From: Acetatifactor sp.
GTDB taxonomy: Bacteria; Bacillota; Clostridia; Lachnospirales; Lachnospiraceae
Direction of reading: 5' to 3'
Length of the DNA: 64,000 bases
Assembly: GCA_045539535.1 (NCBI GenBank)
Contig: JAZQFO010000131.1
Span: 33,456 to 97,455, forward strand
Positions 20,723-28,953 of the stretch are shown in pieces. The notes under the pieces are model-generated. The model saw only the letters and a list, made by a program, of their open reading frames with translations, was not told the DNA's origin and ran no database searches. Each line of letters begins with the position of its first letter. Position 1 is the stretch's first letter. The translations under genes and the position numbers were made by a program.

Positions 20723-22882
20723 ATGGAAATGTTATTGGTTTTAGTAATTGCAGCGGCTCTATTGGCAATTGCTTTTGCGGCCTTCAACTTCTCCAAGGTT
20801 AAGAAAATGGAGGAAGGTACAGACAAGATGTCTGAGATTGCTGCGGCGATTAGAGTCGGAGCAAACGCATTTATTACTTATGAGTACAAAATTATTGCAG
20901 TGGTAGTTGTGATTATTGCAATATTGTTTGCATTCATGGCATGGCAGGGAGCTGTCAGCTTTTTGATTGGTGTATCTATGTCTGCAGCAGCAGGTTGGAT
21001 TGGTATGAAGATTGCTACTTATGCAAATGTACGTGTATCCAACAAGGCACGTGAGACCAAGAGTATTGGCGAGACTGTTAAGGTTGCTTTTCGCGGTGGT
21101 TCTGTTATGGGTCTGTGTGTAGGCGGCTTTGCACTGCTTGGATTGTTTATTGTTTATGTGATTTTTGGTCTTGGTATGGACCTTTTGAGTGTGAGTGCCA
21201 TTACTGACGGTGCTGTGTTCACACAGTGTCTGTCATGTTATGCACTGGGTTGTTCTATCGTAGCAATGTTTAACCGTGTAGGTGGTGGTATTTATACCAA
21301 GGCTGCTGATATGGGTGCCGATCTTGTTGGTAAGACTGAGGCACATATCCCGGAGGATGATCCCAGAAACCCTGCTACTATCGCAGATAATGTTGGTGAC
21401 AATGTAGGTGACGTTGCCGGTCTTGGATCTGATCTTCTGGAGTCCTATGTTGGTTCCATTACTTCCGGTATTATCCTTGCGGTGCACTTGTTTATTGCAT
21501 CTCTTGCCAATAAGGGAGCTTTAAGCGAGGCACTTTTGGAGAAGATGTTCTATTATCCTTTGGTATTTGCAGCGTGCGGCTTAATTGCCTGTGTACTGGG
21601 TATTGCAATTGTGCTCTTTAAGAAGGGCTCTGACAATCCTCACAAGGATTTAAATACTGCAACTTTTGTTTCTGCAGCTTTGACCATTCTTGCAGGTCTG
21701 GGTGCAACTTATTTCATCTTTGGTGATGCTTCCGTAGCTGATGCATTAGTGGGTGCAGGCTTCCAGGTTGGCTTCCTTTCTCCTTGGATTGCGGCTTCCA
21801 TCGGTGTTATCAGTGGTGTTATCATCGGTATGATTGCTGAGTACTACACCAGCTATGACTATAAGCCCACCCAGATGATTGCTGAGGCTTCCAAAGAGGG
21901 TGCGGCATTGACCATTACTCAGGGCCTTGCAGTTGGAATGAAGTCCTGTATGGCACCTTTGATTCTTTTGGGTATTGCGACCTTCGCATCCTATGCGGTT
22001 GCAGGTATGTTCGGTATTTCCATGGCAGCAGTTGGTATGCTTTCCTTCGTAAGTACCACTGTTTCCGTTGATACCTATGGTCCCATTTCTGACAATGCCG
22101 GTGGTATCGCTGAGATGTCAGGACTTGACCCTGCTGTTCGTGAGATTACAGATAAGCTTGACTCTGTAGGTAACACTACCGCAGCAATCGGTAAGGGATT
22201 TGCAATCGGCTCTGCTGCATTTGCAACATTGTCCATGATTGTTTCTTATTTGTATTCCTTTAATGATCCTACCACTCCTCTGGAGCTGAACTTTACCAAT
22301 CCTTTGATTCTTGCAGGTGCAATGATTGGTGCGGCGCTTCCTTTCCTGTTCTCCGGTATGTTGATTGAGGCAGTTGCTAAGGCAGCTCGTAAGATGGTAG
22401 AAGAGGTTAGAAGACAGTTTAAGGAGATTCCCGGTATCTTGGAAGGTAAGGCAAAGCCTGACTACAAGACCTGCATCGAGATTTCTTCTCAGGGAGCTTT
22501 GAAGGAGATGCGTGTTCCCGCAATCCTTTCCATCGTATTCCCTCTGGTTGCCGGGTTCCTGTGTGGTCCTATGTTTGTAGGTGGTGTACTGATTGGTGCA
22601 ACTCTTTCTGCAATTATGCTGGCAATCTTCACCGGTAATGCAGGTGGTGCATGGGATAATGGTAAGAAGTACATTGAGTCCGGTGCCATCGAAGGTCAGA
22701 AGAAGGGATCTCCTGCTCATGATGCAGCGGTTGTAGGTGATACTGTAGGTGATCCTCTGAAGGATACTGTAGGTCCTTCCCTGGATATTCTGATTAAGAT
22801 TATGTCAACCGTATCCTTGGTAGCAGTTGGCCTTTTCAATCAGTACAATCTGCTTGACTGGATTATGAGTATGATGAAGTAA
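20723..22882 (+). CDS. hppA: K+-dependent membrane pyrophosphatase, probably Na+-translocating
   Basis: GGGIYTKAADMGADLVGK, EDDPRNPA, DNVGDNVGD, GDTVGDPLKD. GNTTAA (Ala rather than Lys) marks the K+-dependent class; DLLESY resembles Na+-PPases. Confidence 0.92.
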   Translation: MEMLLVLVIAAALLAIAFAAFNFSKVKKMEEGTDKMSEIAAAIRVGANAFITYEYKIIAVVVVIIAILFAFMAWQGAVSFLIGVSMSAAAGWIGMKIATYANVRVSNKARETKSIGETVKVAFRGGSVMGLCVGGFALLGLFIVYVIFGLGMDLLSVSAITDGAVFTQCLSCYALGCSIVAMFNRVGGGIYTKAADMGADLVGKTEAHIPEDDPRNPATIADNVGDNVGDVAGLGSDLLESYVGSITSGIILAVHLFIASLANKGALSEALLEKMFYYPLVFAACGLIACVLGIAIVLFKKGSDNPHKDLNTATFVSAALTILAGLGATYFIFGDASVADALVGAGFQVGFLSPWIAASIGVISGVIIGMIAEYYTSYDYKPTQMIAEASKEGAALTITQGLAVGMKSCMAPLILLGIATFASYAVAGMFGISMAAVGMLSFVSTTVSVDTYGPISDNAGGIAEMSGLDPAVREITDKLDSVGNTTAAIGKGFAIGSAAFATLSMIVSYLYSFNDPTTPLELNFTNPLILAGAMIGAALPFLFSGMLIEAVAKAARKMVEEVRRQFKEIPGILEGKAKPDYKTCIEISSQGALKEMRVPAILSIVFPLVAGFLCGPMFVGGVLIGATLSAIMLAIFTGNAGGAWDNGKKYIESGAIEGQKKGSPAHDAAVVGDTVGDPLKDTVGPSLDILIKIMSTVSLVAVGLFNQYNLLDWIMSMMK

Positions 22883-22899
22883 AGATAAGATGATATGAG

Positions 22900-22934
22900 A
22901 ACAGCCATCGGAGAAATCCGGTGGCTGTTTTTTC
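22900..22934. terminator. Terminator between convergent hppA and the B12 operon
   Basis: aacagccatcgga-GAAA-tccggtggctgtt followed by a T run. Confidence 0.8.
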
Positions 22935-22956
22935 AACATTTGTAAGTATTCTGATT

Positions 22957-23475
22957 TTAATACTGCCCCATATGTTTTTCTAATTTTTTTAGCACTGTTA
23001 CAATGGGGACGATCAATAGTCCGCAAAAGAAATTGCTGATACCATGGATGAAGTCGTAGGGTAGACCGGCGATAATCCATGCCACCATACCGTCCCAGTT
23101 TAGTCCGAAGAATAGAGCCTGTGCCGGTGCATAAAGCGTGCCGAATAGGAAACCGTGTGCTGCACATAGGGCCATATATACCACAGGGGCAATTTTCTTG
23201 GGAATATTCCGTGGAAGCAGCATGGTGGCACCCCAAAGTATAGTCCAAATATACAGATAGGGTATCCACCAGGTGGAAAAGCCGCCAAACAATCCATTAA
23301 GGAATACATAAACATAAATGGGATAAAGGGCTTTTTGTCTGTAGACTAAGGTAAAGGCTATGGTAAATACCCCTAATAAATGGATGTTGGGCAGTGCCTC
23401 CATGATGACCTTGGAGGTGTACATTAGTGCACCCAACAGGCCAAAAACAGTCAGTTCACGGGTTGTTATTTTCAT
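22957..23475 (-). CDS. cbrT: ECF transporter S component, cobalamin-specific CbrT-like
   Basis: 172 aa hydrophobic protein with LPNIH and AGLPYDFIHGISNF motifs; downstream of a cobalamin riboswitch. Confidence 0.7.
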   Translation of the reverse strand: MKITTRELTVFGLLGALMYTSKVIMEALPNIHLLGVFTIAFTLVYRQKALYPIYVYVFLNGLFGGFSTWWIPYLYIWTILWGATMLLPRNIPKKIAPVVYMALCAAHGFLFGTLYAPAQALFFGLNWDGMVAWIIAGLPYDFIHGISNFFCGLLIVPIVTVLKKLEKHMGQY

Positions 23476-23476
23476 A

Positions 23477-23953
23477 TTATTCTACCTTAAATGCGTAGGT
23501 TTCTCCTTCTACAATGGGAGTGGTATCAACACCGCTTGTGGCGTAGGTGTCATTGACATAAAAAGCCCAATAAGTGCCGTCCACATCATAATCAGCAGTG
23601 ATACCGTTCACGGTCTTTACATACAGTCCGTACTGGCCTTCCTCACCGGCAATCAGACCTTGTTCTAAGAGCGCTTCACCTACGATTTCTTTATCTGTTT
23701 CGATGTCAAATACGGTTGCATTTCCGTCCTTGTCTACAACGGTAAACTGGAAGGTTTTTAAGGCGACATCTGCACTCTCCGAAGCGGGAGAGGAGCTTTC
23801 TTCTGCCACAGAGGTTTCTACAGATGGACTGTCAGAGGAAGCGGGAGCCTGCGGTTCTTTCCTGTCACAGCCTGCCAGACAAAGTGTCATGGCTGCAATC
23901 AGTGTCAGGCTAAGTACAAGATTTGTGAGTTTGTTGATGTGTTTCATTTTCAT
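23477..23953 (-). CDS. Lipoprotein with DUF4430 (transcobalamin C-terminal-like) domain
   Basis: Lipobox LAGC; Ser/Glu-rich linker; YVKTVNG...YWAFYVND....GVD motif. Confidence 0.75.
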   Translation of the reverse strand: MKMKHINKLTNLVLSLTLIAAMTLCLAGCDRKEPQAPASSDSPSVETSVAEESSSPASESADVALKTFQFTVVDKDGNATVFDIETDKEIVGEALLEQGLIAGEEGQYGLYVKTVNGITADYDVDGTYWAFYVNDTYATSGVDTTPIVEGETYAFKVE

Positions 23954-24201
23954 TCTTTTTCTCCTTTTGGAATTAAAATTCTTATGATTGTATCATAGTT
24001 TTCCGGCTGATGCGGAAAGGTACAATCGGTGCAAACCTTCACCCGGTTGCCGTGAATGGTGCTGTAGTGATAGTTGCCCGGACATTGCTCCAAGGAATAG
24101 AGCGGACAATAGCAAAACAGACAATTCAGTTGGTCGAGCCCCTGGTGACACGGATAATATTTGCATGCATTGTTCTGGTAAAAACGATAGGAATTTTCCA
24201 T
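23950..24201 (-). CDS. Cysteine-rich small (zf-like) domain protein
   Basis: 83 aa; CKYYPCH, NCLFCYCPLY, CTDCTFPH; RBS aaggag. Confidence 0.75.
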   Translation of the reverse strand: MENSYRFYQNNACKYYPCHQGLDQLNCLFCYCPLYSLEQCPGNYHYSTIHGNRVKVCTDCTFPHQPENYDTIIRILIPKGEKE

Positions 24202-24225
24202 AACATTACTCCTTTTATAAAATGC

Positions 24226-24262
24226 AAAAAGAAAAACCCTTTACGAAATTGGTAAAGGGTTT
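24226..24262 (-). terminator. Terminator in the riboswitch expression platform
   Basis: 11 bp perfect stem aaaccctttac / gtaaagggttt followed on the minus strand by a U-rich tract, upstream of the first start codon. Confidence 0.8.
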
Positions 24263-24371
24263 ACACGCATAGTGACGCGGAGAGTCTGTAGACAGACGTT
24301 GACCGCAGATTACGTACAACCAGTTACTCGTGGTCTTCAAATGATGGGTGAATCATCATTTGTGTACAACA

Positions 24372-24540
24372 TTCAGGCAGGTCTCCCGGCTTAAAGATCA
24401 TCGCATCAGCCATCTTCCCGGTTGCCCAGTGATATATCGGCCTTAGCTCCCTAATTACGGTGACGAGTTCGTACAGGATTTGCACCTGTTTCCCTTTTCA
24501 CCAGAGCCAATCTGTAAGAATTGCTCTGACACCTGAGTGC
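24372..24540 (-). promoter_or_regulatory. Cobalamin (B12) riboswitch
   Basis: Minus strand reads aggtg...gaaaagggaa-acaggtgcaaatcctgt...caccgtaa...cactgggcaaccgggaag...gccgggagacctgcctga (B12 box). Confidence 0.93.
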
Positions 24541-24548
24541 TTTTTTAT

Positions 24549-26156
24549 TTAATTCGAGGACAGTTTATCATGTTTGGGACAAAATTTCAACTGACATTTT
24601 GCAAAAATTGTTTTCACCCACATGGAAGCCATCCAGATTCCGTCAGGAATATACACAAGCATAAACATATAGTAGGGCAACATATAGCGGGATTTGGCTT
24701 CCCAGATAAGGCTGAAAAGGAATCCGCCCACGATGGCAATCAGTGGTATGTGAATGGCAGGGTTTTCTTTGCGTTTCTTGAAAAATGCAGGGATAAAGCA
24801 CAAAAATCCAAAGTATATAATGCTTTGATAGCGGTCGCAGAAACGAATCACCTGATCATGCATGTTACCAAAGTAAATGTCTTGGATAATTGGCGGAAGC
24901 TCTACAGTGTCATCAAAGGATGCGGTGGAGTACATGGCCTCAAAGGTAGGCTCTATCCACTGAAGCAGCAGTTTGGTTTTGAAAAACCAGTATCCGTATG
25001 CGGGATCATCTACATACTTGGAAAGGTTCTCTTTTATATTTTCCTTGGAAACTTCTGCGGCGGCTTCGGTGTCGTAATCTACTTCTCCCAAAGTGATAGT
25101 CTGATAATTGTTGTAGGTGCCGGGACCCTTGGGGCTGTCCTGTAGACCCATTGCCACCCACATAATCATAGGAGCGCCCTGGTCGGAAGTATATCCGGAA
25201 CGCAGATAGTAGGAATAGTCGATGGCTTCTATGGTGCCGGCAGCGCTGGCCATAATCAGAATACCGGCCAAAACGGGTGGCATTTTCTTTTTTTGAATAG
25301 TTACTAAAAGCATGCCGATTATCATGGCGATTAGTACAATCCAGGTGTTTGAGCGGACCATTAAGGCCAGAGAGGCACTAATGCAGCCTAACAGAACATA
25401 GCGCCATTTATTGGTCCTTGCAAAGCGAAGCAGGGCCCAGAATAAAACGGTACAAAAGCATACGGAAGGAAGATCGCCATATGCATAAGGTGTCATGATA
25501 ATATAGGGGATGCAGAAGAGAAATAAAGGACAATATAAAATTTTACAGATATTGTGGTTGGTAGTCTCTTCTACAAAAAGGTAACCCAGAATCAAGGTAA
25601 TAACACCCATTCCGATATGGAAGTTGGCTGCCACGGGATAGCAAAAATCTCCAAAGGTAGAGAACAGTATTTCGTAAAGAAGGGTCAGGCCTTTTTGGTG
25701 GGGATATTTGCCAAGATATCCACCCTTAGTCAGCATGATGAAATTGCCCTCTAAATGGTAATAAGCAGCAGCTGTGGTGTTGAGTTGGTCGCCGCTGGGG
25801 TAGTAAGGCATTGTGTTGGTCCAGTACAAGCATGTTGCGATATATAGGACGCAACTGATTCCGAGGAAAATATATCCGGCTACCCGTTGTTTTTGCCCTA
25901 ATTTGTCAAAAAGCCTGTTCAAAATAAGTGCCAGTGCCACGGCAACGCCAAAGGTCAACAGATTCCATAACTCATTATCTTTTATGATGTAAAACGGGTC
26001 GTCGTAGCGCGTGGGAGAATAATAGGAGTATCTGGTACTAAAGTAAGCCAGAAACAATCCGATAAATAAAACAAATACCAGCAGAATACACATGCTTGCG
26101 CTGATGACATATTCTGCAGGACTTTGAGATTTTGATTCTCTTTTGTGTTGAATCAT
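24549..26156 (-). CDS. GT-C (PMT-like) membrane glycosyltransferase
   Basis: Multi-TM; GDQ, YLGKYPHQ, PYAYGD, AMGLQ, WEAKSRY; same motif set as 16737..18287. Confidence 0.65.
   Translation of the reverse strand: MIQHKRESKSQSPAEYVISASMCILLVFVLFIGLFLAYFSTRYSYYSPTRYDDPFYIIKDNELWNLLTFGVAVALALILNRLFDKLGQKQRVAGYIFLGISCVLYIATCLYWTNTMPYYPSGDQLNTTAAAYYHLEGNFIMLTKGGYLGKYPHQKGLTLLYEILFSTFGDFCYPVAANFHIGMGVITLILGYLFVEETTNHNICKILYCPLFLFCIPYIIMTPYAYGDLPSVCFCTVLFWALLRFARTNKWRYVLLGCISASLALMVRSNTWIVLIAMIIGMLLVTIQKKKMPPVLAGILIMASAAGTIEAIDYSYYLRSGYTSDQGAPMIMWVAMGLQDSPKGPGTYNNYQTITLGEVDYDTEAAAEVSKENIKENLSKYVDDPAYGYWFFKTKLLLQWIEPTFEAMYSTASFDDTVELPPIIQDIYFGNMHDQVIRFCDRYQSIIYFGFLCFIPAFFKKRKENPAIHIPLIAIVGGFLFSLIWEAKSRYMLPYYMFMLVYIPDGIWMASMWVKTIFAKCQLKFCPKHDKLSSN
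24562..24590 (-). promoter_or_regulatory. Sigma-A promoter for the riboswitch transcript, inside the 3' end of the upstream CDS
   Basis: Minus strand TTGAAA-N17-TAAACT with TG extension, about 20 nt before the aptamer. Confidence 0.6.
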
Positions 26157-26239
26157 GGGAAACTCCTTTATATAAACTAAATGTTGTGCGTTCTTAGTCC
26201 ATGCTACACAAAATCAGAAAAAAAATCAACTCATTACCC

Positions 26240-26266
26240 TAAAGAATTTGGGAATTGAGCCGATAC
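26240..26266 (+). promoter_or_regulatory. Sigma28 (FliA/SigD) promoter of the flgM operon
   Basis: TAAA-N15-GCCGATAC. Confidence 0.85.
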
Positions 26267-26348
26267 ATATTGTGAATCGATTAGAATTTCAAAATAGAAT
26301 TTCAATTGAAATCTTATAGACGAAGTTCGGAAGGAAGGAGGAAACCGA

Positions 26349-26627
26349 ATGCGTATAGAAGCATATACACAGGTACAGCAGCTTTATAAAGCGCAGAAAA
26401 CCAGCCGCAGCACAGCAACCGCAGCTACCGGTTCCGTAAGAGACCAGCTGCAGATCAGCAGTGTCGGCAAGGACATTCAGACAGCAAAAGCAGCACTGGC
26501 AGCGACTCCCGATATCAGAGAGGACCTGACCGCAAGTGTAAAGGCAAGTGTTCAGAACGGCACTTACAGTGTTGACAACAGCAGCTTTGCTGCCAAATTG
26601 TTAGAGAAGTATAACGCGCTGGTATAA
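26349..26627 (+). CDS. flgM: Anti-sigma28 factor FlgM
   Basis: DQLQISS...PDIRE...K..VQNGTYSV; first gene of the late flagellar operon. Confidence 0.9.
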   Translation: MRIEAYTQVQQLYKAQKTSRSTATAATGSVRDQLQISSVGKDIQTAKAALAATPDIREDLTASVKASVQNGTYSVDNSSFAAKLLEKYNALV

Positions 26628-26640
26628 GGAGGATGGCCCC

Positions 26641-27156
26641 GTGGCAAGTTTGATGGAAAACCTGATAGAAGTATTAAACGGGGAATGTGATGCCTACGAG
26701 GCGCTACTTTCTGTATCCCAGCGCAAGACGCCGATTATTGTAAGCGGCAATCTTGAGAATTTACAAAAAATCACGGATGAAGAACAAGCCCTGGTGAGCA
26801 AGATTACAAATCTGGAACGCAGGCGCACGGAAGTGACTGCGGATATCGCCACGGTGCTGAACAAGGATGTTACAAAGCTTACGCTGACGAATTTGATTGA
26901 CATGTTGGCAGCCAGACCCGGAGAACAGGGGGCGCTGATAAAGGCTCATGACAGATTGCATCAGGCAGTGAGGGTGCTGAAACAGGTCAATGAGCAGAAC
27001 GGAGTGCTTTTAAAGGATGCGCTTGAGATGGTAGAATTTGAAATTTCGCTGATTCAAGCGGCAAAAGCAGCACCGGAGACTGCCAATTATAACAGAGGCG
27101 CTTACAGTGCCGGAGACACCATGGGTGTAAGCCGGGGGTTTGACGCCAAGCAATAA
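26641..27156 (+). CDS. flgN: Flagellar export chaperone FlgN
   Basis: Helical 171 aa protein between flgM and flgK; LKQVNEQN...L motif. Confidence 0.85.
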   Translation: MASLMENLIEVLNGECDAYEALLSVSQRKTPIIVSGNLENLQKITDEEQALVSKITNLERRRTEVTADIATVLNKDVTKLTLTNLIDMLAARPGEQGALIKAHDRLHQAVRVLKQVNEQNGVLLKDALEMVEFEISLIQAAKAAPETANYNRGAYSAGDTMGVSRGFDAKQ

Positions 27157-27198
27157 CAGCGGTCTATGTGACCACTTGGAAAGCCGAGGTGAGATGAT

Positions 27199-28938
27199 AT
27201 GCCATTGATGGGTAGTTTATATGTAGGAGCATCCGGATTACAGACCAGTCAAAATGCGCTGAATACGACAGCGCATAATCTTTCTAATATGGATACGGTA
27301 GGTTACACCAGACAGCAGGTGCAACAGGCGGACAGACGTTATGTAACGATCTCCAGAACAGCTACCGCAATCTCATATCAGCAATCCGGTCTCGGAGTTA
27401 CATATTCCAGAGTAAAACAAGTAAGAGATTATTTCTTGGATCAGACATACCGCAAGGAGTCAGGACGCAGTATGTTTTATGAAGTATCCAGTGATGTCCT
27501 GGAGGAGGTAGAAAGCCAACTGGGAGAGCTTAACGGAGAAGCCTTTCAGGCTAGTATGGCAGATTTGTGGACCGCTATACAGGAGCTTTCCAAGGACCCC
27601 GCAAGCGGTGTGACACAGGGCCTTTTGGTGCAGAGAGCATCTGAGTTTGTAGAGAAGGCATCTGCAGTATATGAAGGTCTTTCCTTTTATCAGGATAATT
27701 TAAATACACAGGTCAAGCAGCAGGTGGACCTGATTAATGATTACGGCAACAAGATTCTGGATCTCAATGACAGAATTAGAGCGATAGAGAGTGGCGGCGT
27801 GGAGCGCGCCAATGATTTGCGGGATGCCCGCAATCAGATTTTGGATGAGTTGGCAGAACTGGCCAATATATCCTATGACGAAGATATGACCGGCAATGTA
27901 TGGGTACAGATTGAAGGCGTAGATTTCGTAAAGGGCGGCATGTGCTACGAAATCGGCATGGATATCGATCCGGCAACCGGTTTTTATACACCGTTCTGGC
28001 CCCAGAATGCATCTTATACGGTAGATTCTGACGGAACCCGCATCTATAATATTGACGGTGCGGAAGTTTTTGATTTATCTGTTGAGATTTCTTCTGACTT
28101 AGGGACGGATGTGGGTGGATTAAAGTCCATGCTTTTGGCAAGAGGCGATCACAGAGCGGATTATACTGACATAAGCGAAGGCAACTACGATGCAGTATCC
28201 CAGTCGGTACTGATGAATATCCAGTCAGAATTTGATCAGCTGGTACATAATGTGGTATCCAAGATCAATGGCATTTTGGCTGAGGCCGCAGGTGTGCAGC
28301 AGGGCGATTTGACGGTTGTGAATGAGGATGGCAGTACACAGACTCTGACAGGTGTGCGTTACGCAGTGCAGGATGTGGGTGGCTACATGCGTAATGAAGA
28401 TGGCAGTCCTCTTCAGATGTTTGACAAGATTACCACAGATGAGTACACCAAATATACCGGAACAGACGGCAATACTTACTGGGTGTACAATGAAGAGGAT
28501 GCAGCACATTCGGACAGCTTGTATACACTTAAGAATCTTTGCATTAACCAGGAATTGATGCAGAAGCCTTCTTCTTTAAGCTTCCGTTTGGAGGACGGTT
28601 CGGAGGACCAGGCTACGGCAGATGCTTTAAAGGCTGCTTTTACAGAAGAGATTTATACGTTGAATCCCAATGTAAAGAAGATGGTTACTTTTAACGATTA
28701 CTATTCTGACATGGTAAGTCAGGTGGCCAATTCCGGTTATGTTTACAGAAGTATTCATGAGAATCAGTTAAACACGGTGGAATCTATTGAAAGTGCCAGA
28801 GCACAGGTAATCAGTGTTTCCTCAGATGAAGAGCTGAGCAACATGATTAAGTTCCAAAATGCTTACAATGCATCCAGCCGATATATCAACTCTCTCAGTG
28901 AGATGCTGGAGCACATTATCAATACTTTAGGAGTATAA
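27199..28938 (+). CDS. flgK: Hook-associated protein FlgK (copy 1)
   Basis: SGLQTSQNALNTTAHNLSN..T.GYTRQ; C-terminal VSSDEELSNMIKFQNAYNASSR. Confidence 0.92.
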   Translation: MPLMGSLYVGASGLQTSQNALNTTAHNLSNMDTVGYTRQQVQQADRRYVTISRTATAISYQQSGLGVTYSRVKQVRDYFLDQTYRKESGRSMFYEVSSDVLEEVESQLGELNGEAFQASMADLWTAIQELSKDPASGVTQGLLVQRASEFVEKASAVYEGLSFYQDNLNTQVKQQVDLINDYGNKILDLNDRIRAIESGGVERANDLRDARNQILDELAELANISYDEDMTGNVWVQIEGVDFVKGGMCYEIGMDIDPATGFYTPFWPQNASYTVDSDGTRIYNIDGAEVFDLSVEISSDLGTDVGGLKSMLLARGDHRADYTDISEGNYDAVSQSVLMNIQSEFDQLVHNVVSKINGILAEAAGVQQGDLTVVNEDGSTQTLTGVRYAVQDVGGYMRNEDGSPLQMFDKITTDEYTKYTGTDGNTYWVYNEEDAAHSDSLYTLKNLCINQELMQKPSSLSFRLEDGSEDQATADALKAAFTEEIYTLNPNVKKMVTFNDYYSDMVSQVANSGYVYRSIHENQLNTVESIESARAQVISVSSDEELSNMIKFQNAYNASSRYINSLSEMLEHIINTLGV

Positions 28939-28953
28939 GAAAGGAGGTAGCAT

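Noticed and set aside
24537-25145. 202 aa plus-strand ORF
   Set aside because: Antisense to the GT-C gene, with no RBS or motif support.
26281-26313. Short direct repeat tagaatttcaa x2 and palindrome in the flgM leader
   Set aside because: AT-rich and short; plausible by chance.
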